Assembly: GCF_009914755.1 (NCBI RefSeq)
Contig: NC_060939.1
DNA length: 64,000 bases
Direction: 5' to 3' (one strand)
DNA from: the human T2T-CHM13v2.0 reference genome, Homo sapiens
The position numbers and the translations under genes are program-made. This document shows positions 16,560 through 29,029 of this stretch, in pieces (the stretch's first letter is position 1; every line of letters begins with the position of its first letter). The notes below the pieces were generated by a model that saw only the letters and a program-made list of their open reading frames with translations, searched no databases and was not told the origin of the DNA.

Positions 16560-19105
16560 AAATGGCAAGGTCTCTTCACTGCACAGAAACAACAATACAA
16601 GCAGAAACTGTCAGAGCCAACTGTATCAGAATTCTGGAAAACAAAATTTTATAGCAAATAAGTAAAAGTGCTGAATCAGGAAAAAGGCAACTTTTAAATG
16701 GTGGGGAGGTTTTGTGGTGTTTTAACTTTTCCCTGCTTCAGCCCCTCCCTAGCTCAGCCATGGTCTTGAAGATGGCAGTTCACATTGCCAGTGAGGGACC
16801 CTGTTTCCTGATTCCAGAGGGAGCACAGAAGACCTTATTCACACATTATTGTGTTTGCCTATTCTAACCTATGTAAGGACTCACTGAATGACTGATATGA
16901 GGTGCCCTTGTGTGTTATACTTAACTCAGAACTCATCAGGTGGAAAAGCAGTAGGCACTGTCAAAAACATTGTAAGACAAATGAAAACCATACAGCAACC
17001 TGGGGCAAAAGACAAAATAGGCCACCTAAAGCCTGGGAGGAAAAGATAGGAAGAATGTCTTTGAAAAATTAGGACTTTCAAAAATGCCTGTGTATTTTGA
17101 TGAATCTAGAAAAACATACACATGCTCAGAAAAGACCTGAGAGGACCCTAAGCTTTCACTCTGACTGATCTCTAGGTTCAGTACAAGCAAGAAGTGAAGG
17201 CTACGGCAGAGTTGTAAACAGCCTGGCTAAGTGTTGAAGGAGTGCCACTGCACAGAGATAATCTGCAAAGAATAGAAGTGGTTTTTAAATTTATTTGTTT
17301 GTTTTTAGCTACTGGCACTTAAGAAAATCTGTGTCAAAACACTAGTTAAACACAAGCTAAAGAAACATAGACTTTAGTCACTAAATATGACAAGGAATAC
17401 AGTCTTTGCAAAAATAATCTGGAAAAGTCACTAAACAATGGCTGACTTCAGCCTTCAACAATAAAAAAATGACAAACTCTGGGAAAGGAAATATCTGATT
17501 TCCATAGTTACCACATGATAATAGTCAAATGTTGAGTTTTCAACAAAAACCAAAAGACATACAAAGAAATAGTAAGTCCAGGCATTGGATTTACTAGACA
17601 AAGAATTTTTGTCGACTGTCTTGAATATGCTCTAAGAATGAAAGGAAACCATGGACAAAGAACTAAAGGAAACTATTAAGTAAGAACAAAATGAGAATAT
17701 CAGCAAAGAGATAGAAATTACAAAAAGAAACCAAATAGAAATTCTGGAGCTGAAAAGTGCAATAACAAATAGTATACTCACTAGAAAGATTCAATTTGAT
17801 TAGGCAGATTTAATTAGGCAGAAGAATGAATCAGTGAACTTGAAGATAGGATTACTGACATCACCCAAGTCTGAGGAGAGTAGAAAGGAAAAAAAGAAGA
17901 GGTGAACAGAGCCTAAGGGACCCATGGGACATCATTAAGTGTACCAACATATGTATTTTTGGAGTCCCAGCATATAAGAGAAGTAGGTAGACTATTTGAA
18001 AAAATAATATCTGCAGGTGCCCAGAATTTGATGAAAGACATGAATCTTCATGTCCTAGAAGCTCAATAACTCTAACCAAGATAAACTCAAAGAGATCTGC
18101 ACTGAGACATGTTATAATCCAATTGTTGAAAGGAAAAGACAAAGAGAAAATCTTAAAAGCAGCAAGGGAGAAGTGACTCATTATATACAAGGGATTCTAA
18201 CTAAGGTTATCAGGTATTTCTCCTCAGAAAACATGGAGCCAGAAGGCAATGGGCTGACATATTTAAATGCTGAAAGTAAACAAAAACTGCACCTATAATT
18301 TTATATTCAACAGAACTATTCTTTGAAAGTAAAGGAGAAATTAAGACATTCACTGATAAACAAAACCTGAGGGAGTTTACCAGTAGACCTGAGTTATAAG
18401 AAATACTGGGAATTCTTCCAGCTGAAATAAAAGGACACTAGACAGTAACTCAAAGCTGTATGGAAAACATGTTGATCTGTAGTAAGGGTAACTGTATAGG
18501 TAGATATAAAAGTCAGCATTATTTTATTTTTAGTTTCTAACTCTATTTTTATTTCTTACATAATAAAAGACAAATGCATTTAAAATCAGTTATTAGTTAC
18601 ACAACATATAAAGATATAATTTGTGACAACAACAACATAAAGGGACAGAGACAGAGCTGTATAGGAGCAGGGTTTTTGTATGTTATTGAAGTTAAGTTGG
18701 TATCAATTCAAACAAGATTGCTACAAATTTAAGATGTTAAGTATTATCCCTCTTATAGCCACTAAGAAAATATCCAGAAAGTATACACAAAAGGAAATGA
18801 GACAGGAATCAATATTGTTCACTACAAAAAAATCAGCTAAACACAAAATGAGACAGGAATAGAGGAAATGAGAGACAAAGGTATATAAAGCATACAGAAA
18901 ACAAACAAAAAAAGAGGCAGAAGTAAATCCTTCTTTATCAGTAATTAATTTACATGTAAATGAGTTAAATTCTCCAACCACAAAGCAGAGGTTTGTAGAA
19001 TGAATGAATACAACTAAACAGGACTAAACTATATGGTATCTAAAAGAGGTTCACTTTAGATCCAAAGACACAAATAGGTTGAAAGTGAAAAAAAGATGAA
19101 AAAAT
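16560..19105 (+). mobile_element. Old L1 5' part (5'UTR, ORF1, start of ORF2), sense orientation
   Basis: ORF1-type text AGAAATTCTGGAGCTGAAAAGT.., GAGAAAATCTTAAAAGCAGCAAGGGAG, GGAGAAATTAAGACATTC; ORF2 start text at ~18930-19100. Confidence 0.8.
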
Positions 19106-20395
19106 ATGAGGCAAGGGGATGTTCAAAGAAATAAAATAACATGTCCAAAGACACAATCCTAAGTGATGGTAGAGACAACATGATAATCTACAGTTTCTGA
19201 TTTCCAGTCTATTACTGTTTCTGCCATCTAATTTTAAACTCCCTTATTTTCCTACAATGGGTTTTCCCTTCCCCAATTTTTATTCATAGTATAAACATAA
19301 TATAAGGAAAAATTTACAATCATCCCCTTGCCTCAATAGAAATATTTCTCTTTAGTTTATTTTAGTCCTTGCTTATATGGATACATTATTGCAAATCAAA
19401 TTATACTGCTTATATTGCAATGCTGCCTTTCCATCAAGTACACATTATTTTGTCACTACTTAATCATTTTTAATGTTTACATAATACTCCATTGAGTTTA
19501 CATGTTATTATATACTGCACCAATCCCTAATTATTAGAAATTAGGTTTTCCTAGTTTTAAAAATAATACAACTGTATGGATCATTTTTAACAGTCTGACT
19601 TCTTTTAAAAAATAATTTCTTAGGATTAAACTCCTGGAGAAGGGTTAAATCATGATCTTTAATATGCTTTTCCAAGTTATTTTCTAATTAGGTTATATTT
19701 AACCTTTCCATTATTATAAATCTACCACCCCTGACCATAAGAATAAGGTTTAAGACTCCTAAACATATTTTAATATTTAATAATGGCCACAATATAGCAG
19801 AATAGAAATTTTTTTAAAATGCAGAGAAAACAACTCATTTCATTTTTGCATTTTCACTGTTGACCTTTGTACATATGATCATCCTTTTAAACTTTCACTC
19901 ATAGATAATGATAGTGACTAATTCTTTTAGATAGAATAACTGTAATTAGTTTCATATACATATTAGCAGGCATTATAGCAAAACTTATCCAGAATAGAGT
20001 TAAAAGAATATTGTTGAATCTCTAATAGTATTCTGATTTTTCAATTTAAATTCCTGATTAAAATAGCAATTTCAAAATTAGAACAGTAAGATAATTCAGA
20101 ACAATATATAAACAGTATGAAATGTTAATTCATCTGTATCTCAGCTTATTATTTTAGATAGCTAAATTTATCTGTAATTTCATGGCAAAACTAAAAAGTT
20201 ATGCCTAAATGTTGGACTTTTTGGACTATTTCATAAAAAATTAATTTTCCAGATAACCAAATTTTATGCCTTTAAGTACATACTTTTATTTTGGCATTTT
20301 TGAGGACATTTTACTCTTAAGCAAAGTATATTGAACACTTTCTCTGCCTTAATAAAAAAGTATTCTGAACAGAAGTTGATCTTTCCTTGACTCAG

Positions 20396-20690
20396 GACCT
20401 TGTCATCATTTTAAACAATGTGTTGTGTGGGATTATAATGGTACCTGGAGAGCTAATAATAGTACCTGAAGCTAGTAAGATGTAAAGGCTTTTTACAACC
20501 ATGCTAAGCGGTTCCAGTATGCTGTACTTTTGGGGAGTATTTGTTAATATTCTTATTTATGTTTTCTCCCCATCATGTAATGCGTCTACCTCCAATTACC
20601 TCTCTGTTGTCTGTTTCAAAAATGGGCTGGGCTAGGAAACCCAGATAACAGAGTGAGAGTTACGTATGAAATTAAAAGCAAATGGGTTTT
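20396..20690 (+). other. Candidate 3'-terminal exon of an unidentified + strand transcript
   Basis: Acceptor CTTTCCTTGACTCAG|G (AG 20394-20395); phase-1 frame xPCHHFKQCVVWDYNGTWRANNST* (TGA 20467-20469) or phase-0 frame DLVIILNNVLCGIIMVPGELIIVPEASKM*; ATTAAA at 20671-20676 followed by a U/GU-rich tract; lies in a ~1.1-kb repeat-free AT-rich island. Confidence 0.45.
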
Positions 20691-20894
20691 TATCTTTGGT
20701 AGAGTTCTCTTAAAAATTTTTTTTATAAAACCATTCCTATCTGTTAGTCACTGCTCATGATTAGGTATAGAGCCAGACCTCAGGCCATCTCTCCTTCCTC
20801 ACAACATGGATAACCATGTGTACTGCTCAGAGTTCTGCCCACTGAGAGAATTTCTCTTCACCACTGCCTTTCAGAGCCACCTGGGAGGAGGATT

Positions 20895-21368
20895 TGTGGT
20901 AGTCTTCTAAGGCTGCCATAATAACGTACCACAAACTGGGTGGCTTAGATAACAGCAAGGTATTATTTCACAGTTCTGGAGACAGGAAGTCCAAAATGAA
21001 GGTGTGGGCAGGGTTGATCTCTTCTGAGGGCTATGAAGGAAGGATCTGTTCCATGCCTCTTCCTGAGCTCCTCTGTGCTAGCTTCTTGGGGGTTGCTGGC
21101 AAGCTTTGGCATTCCTTGGTTTATAGAAACATCACCCTGATCTCTGCCTTCATCTTCACATGGCATCCTCCCTGTGTGTGTGTGTGTGTCCAAATTTCCC
21201 CTTTTCATAAGGACACCAGTCATTTTGGATTAGGGCCCACTCTAACGACCCAATTTTAACTTGTTTATCTCTGTAAAGATCCTATCTCCAAATAAGGTCA
21301 CATTCTGAGGCACTGGGGTTTAGGAATCTGCAATATCTCTTTTGAGGGACACAGTTCAACCCACAACA
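20895..21368 (-). mobile_element. MaLR LTR (MLT1C-like)
   Basis: AGGCTGCCATAATAACGTACCACAAACTGGGTGGCTTA...GGGACACAGTTCAACCCACAACA matches antisense MLT1. Confidence 0.88.
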
Positions 21369-21851
21369 GGACAGTGGCTGCCTACTTCTGGCTGGTGCCG
21401 GTATACAGAGCTGTAAAGAAGAACTGTGTTTTTCTTCCTTCATTAGTGATCTTAGGGAACTCCCCAGCAAAGACAGAGGCAGGGCCATAGGGGAGGCTGA
21501 GCCACCTGCTCATGGAATTTCCTTAGGCATTTCAGACCTGCTTGGGCTGGGTCTAATGTAAATTGTTTCCATTTTGTCGGGGGACACTGCTATCCTTATC
21601 CAGTTTTATGCTTTTTGGATCATAATCAGTTCGTTGTGGATGGTTCATGGTCAAGCCTTTAGTCACTGCCAGGGCCTGTCACAGGCCAGGCTCTGCCCTT
21701 CCAATGGAGGAAAGTGTGGGCAGAGGATGGTGTGGCTTTACTTCGAAGTTTGTGTGGTCTGCTGAGTGCTTCTTACTGTGTTTGCCAACCTCTGTGTAGC
21801 ATCTCTGCCACCACAGACTCTTCCAATATCATCGGATCCACTGAGTCCTAA

Positions 21852-22245
<394 letters not shown>

Positions 22246-23232
22246 AACATTACTTTTATTTTTAAATTTTAAAGTAATTATAGGTTTGCATGAAGTTGCA
22301 AAGAAATGTACAGAGAAGTTCTGTGCATCTTTCCTCCAACCTCCCCCAATGTTGACATCTGGTGTAACTATAGTACAATATCAAGTTAAGAAATCGACAT
22401 TGGTACAATCCACAGAGCTTATGCAGATTTCACCCATTATTTGAGTACTCATTTGATTGTGTGTCTCTATGTGTGTATGAGGGTGGGATGTATAGCTCTA
22501 TGTATTTCTATCACATGTGTAGCTTCATGTAACCATTACCACAATCAAGATGCTTAACTCTGTTATCACTGCAAGATTCCCTCGTAATACCTCTTTACAG
22601 CCATATCTACCTTCTCCCCTCCCATATCCCTAACCCTTGCAACTACAAATCTGTTATCTTTATAATTTTATTATTTCACAAATGCTGTGTAAATGGAGCC
22701 ATACAGTATGTATCCTCTTGAGGTTGGCTTTTTTTTTTTTTTTCACTCAGCATAATTTCCTTGGGATTCATCCAAATTGTTGCATGTATCAACAGTTTGT
22801 TTCTTTTTGTTGTTGAGTAGTATTCCACAGTATGGATTCACCAGTTTGTTTAACCATTCTTTAGTTGAACAACATTTGGGTAGTTTCCAGGATTGAGCTA
22901 TTACAAATAAAACTGCTATGAACATTTGGGTGCAGGTTTTTGTGTGAATATAAATGTTTTTTCATTTCTCTGAGGTAAATGCCCAAGACTGCAATTGTTG
23001 GGTTGTACTGTAGTTGCATGTTTAGTTTCATAAGAAACTACTACCAAACTATTTTCCAGAGGGGCTATACCATTTTACATTCCCACCAACAGTGTATAAG
23101 TGATCAGTTTCTCTACCTCCTGGCCAGCATTTGCTGCCACTATTTCTATTTTAGTCATTCTGCTGTGTGTGTAGTGATAGCTCATTGTGGTCTTAATTTC
23201 CATTTCCCTCTTGCCTAATGACAATAAACATC

Positions 23233-24993
23233 TTTTCTTTTTTCTTTGAGACAGGGTCTCAATCCATTGCGCCCAGGCTGGTATGCAGTCATGTTGTATC
23301 TGGAATTGGTGGGTTCTTGGTCTCACTGACTTCAAGAATGAAGCCGCAGACCCTCGTGGTGAGTGTTACAGTTCTTAAAGGTGGCGTGTCCAGGATTTGT
23401 TCCTTCTGACGTTCGGATGTGCTCGGAGTTTCTTCTTTCTGGTGGGTTTGTGGTCTCGCTGGCTCAGGAGTGAAGTTACACACCTTCGTGGTGAGTGTTA
23501 CAGCTCTTTGGGCGGCGCATCTGGAGTTGTTCATTCCTCCTGGTGGGTTCGTGGTCTCACTGGCTTCAGGAGTGAAGCTGCAGACCTTTGCGGTGAGTGT
23601 TACAGCTCATAAAGGCAGTGTGGACCCAAAGAGGGAGCAGCAGCAAGATTTATTGCAAAGAGTGAAAGAACAAAGCTTCCACAGTGTGGAAGGGGACCTG
23701 AGCAGGTTGCCACTGCTGGCTCAGGCAGCCTGCTTTTATTCTCTTATTGGGCCACACCCACATCCTGCTGACTGGTCCATTTTACAGAGAGCTGATTGGT
23801 CCATTTTACAGAGCACTGATTGGTCTGTTTTGACAGGGTGCTGATTGGTGTATTTACAATCCCTGAGCTAGACACAAAAGTTCTCCACGTCCCCACTAGA
23901 TTAGCTAGACACAGAGTGTCGACACAAAAGTTCTCCATGTGCCCACCAGAGTAGCTAGATACAGAGTGTTGATTGGTGCATTCACAAACCCTGAGCTAGA
24001 CACAGGGTGCTGATTGGTGTGTTTACAAACCTTGAGCTAGTTACAGAGTGCCGATTGGTGTATTTACCATCCCTTATCTAGACATAAAGGTTCTCCGAGT
24101 CGCCACCAGACTCAGGAGCCCAGCTGTCTCCACCCAGTGGACCCCGCACCGGGGCTGCAGGTGGAGCTGCCTGCCAGTCCCGTGCCATGCGCCCGCACTC
24201 CTCAGCCCTTGGGTGGTCTATGGGACTGGGCGCCGTGGAGTAGGGGACGGCGCTCGTTGGGGAGGCTCGGGCCATGCAGGAACCCATGGTGTGTGGGGGA
24301 AGCTCAGGCATGGTGGGTTGCAGGTCCCGAGCCCTGCCCCACGGGGAGGCAGCTAAGGCCTGGCGAGAAATCGAGTGCAGCACCAGTGGGCCAGCACTGC
24401 TGGGGGACCCAGCACACCCTCCGCAGCCACTGGCCCGGGTGCTAAACCCCTCACTGCCTGGGACCGGCAGGGCTGGCTGGCCGCTCCGAGTGTGGGGCCC
24501 GCCAAGCCCATGCCCACCCAGAACTCCAGCTGGCCCACAAGCGCTGCCGCAGCCCCGGTTCCTGCTCGTGCCTCTCCCTCCACACCTCCCTGCAAGTTGA
24601 GGGAGCCAGCTCTGGCCTTGGCCAGCCCAGAAAGGGGCTCCCACAGTGCAGCGGTGGGCTGAAGCGCTCCTCAAGTGCCGCCAAAGTGGGAGCCCAGGCA
24701 GAGGAGGCTCCAAGAGCGAGCGAGGGCTGCGAGGGCTGCCAGCACGCTGTCACCTGTCAATGTGACCATGGCTCACTGCAGCCTCAACTTCCCGGGCTAA
24801 GGTGATCCCACCTCAGCTTCCTGAGGAGCTAGGATTATAGGTGCATGCCACCATACCCAGCTAATTGTATTTTTTATAGAGATGGGGTTTTGCTATGTTG
24901 CCCAGGCTGGTCTCAAACTCCTAGGCTCAAGTGATCTCTCACCTTGGTTTTCCAAAGTGGTGGGATTACAGGTGTGAACCACTGTGCCCGGCC
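23233..24993 (-). mobile_element. AluJ split by LTR12C (Alu parts 23233-23294 and 24760-24993)
   Basis: ..CCCAGGCTGGTATGCAGTC|ATGT..ATGT|GACCATGGCTCACTGCAGCC joins into one Alu; TSD-like ACATCTTTTC on both sides. Confidence 0.9.
23295..24759 (-). mobile_element. ERV9 solo LTR (LTR12C)
   Basis: Minus strand starts TGACAGGTGACAGCGTGCTGGCAGCC, then GC-rich U3, about 6 CCAAT boxes (GATTGG on +), U5 repeats, and ends ..CCAATTCCAGATACA; TSD ATGT (23291-23294, 24760-24763). Confidence 0.96.
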
Positions 24994-25634
24994 ATGGACA
25001 TCTTTTCATGTGTTTATTTTACCCCTTTGTGTCCTCTTTGGTGAAGTGTCACTTGGATTGTTTTTTTTTTTTAATGTTGAATTTTGAAAGTTTTTAATAT
25101 ATTTTTAGGCGCAAATTTTTGGTCAAATATGAGATTTTGAAATTTTTTTCCAGCTCATAATTGTCTTTTCATTATCTTAATAGGGTTTTAAATATTGCTT
25201 TACATTTTGATGAAGTCCAATTTTTCAATTTTTTTCTTTTATAGATGTGTTTTTGGTGTTAAGTCTAAGAACTCTCTGCCTAGTTCTTTTAGAGTTTTAC
25301 ATTTTCCATTTAGGTCCATGATTCATTATGAGTTCATTTGTGTAATGTATAGGATTTTATCAAAGTTTTTGTTTTCCCCCAACATGGATGTCCAGTTGCT
25401 TCAGCATCATTTATTAAAAAGGCTCTCCTTCTTCATTTGAAATGCTATTGCTATTTTGCTAAAGATTAATTTGGTACATTTCTGTACACCTATGTCTAGG
25501 TTCTTCATTGGTCTATGCAACTATCCTTCTCCAAGTACCACTCTTGATCACTATACTTACATAGTAAGCCTTGACACAGGGAGAAGTGATTCCTCCCACC
25601 CTATTCTTCTTTTCAAAATAGTTTTGACAATTCT

Positions 25635-26723
25635 TATCAGGGGAACCCACCCCTGATAATTCAACGTTATTTCACGTAGGTTCTTTTCTATTTCCTTAAG
25701 TGTCAGCTGGTCTGAGAAATAAAGGGAAAGAGTACAAAAGAGAGAAATTTTAAAGCTGGGTATCCAGAGGAGACACCACATGTTGGCAGGTTCCATGATG
25801 TCCCCCAATCTGCAAAACCAGAAAGTTTTTATTAGTGATTTTCAAAGGGGAGGGAGTGTACGAATAGGGTGTGGGTCACAGAGCTCACATGCTTCACAAG
25901 GTAATAAAATATTACAAGGCAAATGGAAGCAGGGTAAGATCACAGGACCGGGGCGAAATTAAAATTGCTAATGAAGTTTTGGGTATGCATTGTCTTTGGT
26001 AACATCTTATCAGGAGACAGGGTTTGAAAGCAGACAACCGGTCTGACCAAAATTTATTAGGTGGGAATTTCCTCGTCCTGATAGGCCTGGGAGCGCTACT
26101 GGAGACCGGGGCGTGCTATGGGAGACTGGGGCTTATTTCATCCCTTATCTGCAAGCGTAGAAGACAGACGTTCCCAGAGCGGCCATTTCAGAGACCTACC
26201 CCTAGGAACACATTCCCTCTCTCAGGGCTGTTCCTTGCTGAGAAAAAGAATTCAGCGATATTTCTCCTATTTGCTTTTGAAAGAAGAGAAATATGGCTCT
26301 GTTCCACCTGGCTCTCAGGCAGCCAGATCTAATGGTTATCTCTCTTGTTCCCTGAACATCACTATTATCCTGTTCTTTTTTCAAGGCGCCCAGATTTCAT
26401 ATTGTTTAAACAATTTGTGCAGTTAATGCAATCATCACAGGGTGCTGAGGCGACATACATCCTCAGCTTATGAAGATGATGAGATTAAGAGATTAAAGTA
26501 AAGACAGGCATAGGAAATCACAAGAATATTGATTGGGGAAGTGATAAATGTCCATTAAATCTTCACAATTTATGTTCAGAGATTGCAGTAAAGATAGGTG
26601 TAAGAAATTATAAAAGTATTAGTTTGGGGAACTAATAAATGTCCATGAAATCTTCACAATTTATGTTCTTCTGCCACGGCTTCAGCCAGTCCCTCCATTC
26701 AGGGTCCCTGATGTCCCGCAACA
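25635..26723 (-). mobile_element. HERV-K(HML-8) solo LTR (MER11)
   Basis: Minus strand starts TGTTGCGGGACATCAGGGACCC; 6-bp TSD AATTCT (25629-25634, 26724-26729), the length typical of ERVK. Confidence 0.92.
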
Positions 26724-27169
26724 AATTCTAGAGTCAGTCCCTTCCACATAAGTTTTAGAATAAGCTTGTCTATGTCTACAAAAACAACCTTGCTGAAATT
26801 TTGATAGGAATTGTGTTAAATATATAGATCAATCTGGGGGGAACTGGCATCTTCACTAGGTAAGTCTTCCAATCCATGAACACAGTATGTCTCCCCAAGT
26901 ACTTGCATGTCTTTGTTTTTTTCATCAGCAATTTGTAATTTTCATCATACAATCCTGTACCTAAGTATTTCATTATCTTTGGAGTGATTGTAAATAGTAC
27001 TGAGTTTTTAATATTTGTTTTCCTGTTCATTGTTAGTATATAGAAATGGAATTGATTATTGTGTGTTGGTCTTATATCCTTTGACCTTACTACACTTGCT
27101 TATTAGTTCTAAGAGGATTTTGGAGGTTTATTTCTCAGAATTTTCTTCATAGGCAATCATGTCATGGAA

Positions 27170-28800
27170 AAGCCTTACTTTAACCCACTAAATAGATTGT
27201 AGCAGCATGTCCAACTGTCACATGGGTTGCCTTCAAGATGCAAAGAGGCCACCCTGCTTTGTGCTTTCCCCTTTATGGTGGCAGGAAAATTGTGTCTTAC
27301 TTTAAACAAGATATTCCAATATACACCAGACCCTTGAACTCCTTGGAACTTCATTGATGTGATTGGCCACTGAGCTTTGGAGGAATTATTTCCAACTGCT
27401 GGCTGACGTGTCATAAGGCATCTAGGGTGCTTGCTACGTTCCACTCGCAAGTCCAATAGGCATTCTGTCACCAAAGCAGTGGACCTGCATGATGTCCTTT
27501 GGGATATCAAGATGATCAGGATACTTCTGGACCATAGTATTATAATGTTCTATAGTCCCTGCTACGTGAAGGTGAACTGCTTCTCATTTTTTTCTTTAAC
27601 TAACGGAGAAGAGGGAAAATCCATTTGTTTCATCAACACAGCTAGGGAGCTAGGGGCTGTGTTCATCTGCTCCAGTAAAGATACCATCTGGAATTTCTGC
27701 AAGTGACATCACCATCTGATTGTGTGTGAAGATCTGCTGTTATCTTCCACAATTCATCAGGCTTTTTGCACCAGCCAAAGATAAAAACCATCATTGCATT
27801 TGGGGATGCAATGGGAACCACTGTGCCTGCATCTTTCAGGTCTGTGATGGTGGCACTAATCTCTGCAATTCCAGCGATGTGGTGTTGCTGTTAGTTTACT
27901 ATCTCAGTGGGAGTTGCAATTATAGAGGCTTCCATTTAAACCTCCCTAGCTATACTTAAGACCCACTCTTGACAGGCAGTGGCATTTTAGGTATCTGTGG
28001 ATTAGCATCACTCAGGAACAGTCTCTAACAACCCTTAGAAGATATGGGTATTCTCTTTTCCATAGTGCTCAGTGCTCAGTCACTCTGTTAAATGACTCTG
28101 GAGAAGACCTAGGGGAGATTCACACAATCTTGTTGCAGAGTCCTTCCTCAAAAAGACCTGGTCTGTTTTTTGGCCAAAGAACTTGTGATCTGTGGACTAG
28201 CTTAGGTCTAGGACCTGAGTAAGAGGATATAAATCATCATATTCAAGTAAGATTTCTGTTCCCCCAGACCCAGAATTTTCCTGCATGCACATGTTAAGCA
28301 ACCTTTTAGTAGACTGCTTACTGGGTCACATTTTAGGATCCAGCAATTAATTAGCCATTGCCACAGATCTGTGCAGGCCAAAGCCCTTTGTTTACCACCC
28401 CATCCCTGTACTTATTGTGATAATTGTGCCCACTTGGTCTGTGATAGTAGAGCACTGCCATCTGGCCTCTGCTACTTCAGAATCTCACTATACCCACTGT
28501 GAGCAAAGAATGTAATTTCGTAATCTCTCACTAGTGTCATCACCTTGGAGAGCACAACCAAAGCAAAACTATTCAAGGATGCTGGCATCTCCCTCTTCAA
28601 GGTACCTTGGTGAAGGGAGTGTCTTCCAGGCCATCCCAAGGAATATGGTTGATGAAGAAGGGATGCTAAGCAGATTGCACAAAACAGATCCTTGTGAATC
28701 TTTGGATCTTTTATGTATCCTAGGGGAATTTTTCCTATCTCTGAATCTTTGGACCCTTTCCATGTGCCAGGAATCTTGTCATTACCCATAGACCAGTATT
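27170..28800 (-). mobile_element. Degenerate ERV-L/MaLR-class internal gag-pol remnant
   Basis: ORF 27175-27510(-) ..TSMKFQGVQGSG..NILFKV..PATIKGKAQS resembles ERV-L pol (..STSVKFLGVQWCGACRDIPSKV..PPTTKKEAQ). Confidence 0.7.
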
Positions 28801-29029
28801 AAGCTTGCTCCTAACATTTGTGGTGACCAGGAAAAGGGTACAAATGGAGGGTCACATACATATATTTGTAAATCAGGATAAAAAACAAATAAAATGTTTT
28901 GTCCTTCTACCTTGAAAAATGTTACAGTTTAGAATGTTCATACTTAGGATTCTCAGAGAAACTTTGGAATTCCACTATGGAGCATGGTGGCACTGCTCCA
29001 TGAGGAAGGGCCTGGGAGAGGAGCAGGTC

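Larger units (their letters stand above)
22260..27170 (-). mobile_element. Old L1 3' half (L1MC/MD-like) hosting AluJ, LTR12C and MER11
   Basis: Continuous antisense L1 3'UTR/ORF2 text around the nested elements; ORF 26776-27030(-) ..KMPVPPRLIYIFNTIPIKI resembles L1 ORF2. Confidence 0.82.

Noticed and set aside
20351-20356. AATAAA hexamer
   Set aside because: Lies 40 nt upstream of the candidate acceptor in AT-rich sequence; more likely chance than a used poly(A) signal, though not excluded
23289-24753. Overlapping ORFs up to 211 aa and a CpG-island-like stretch
   Set aside because: Fully explained by the LTR12C U3/U5 sequence
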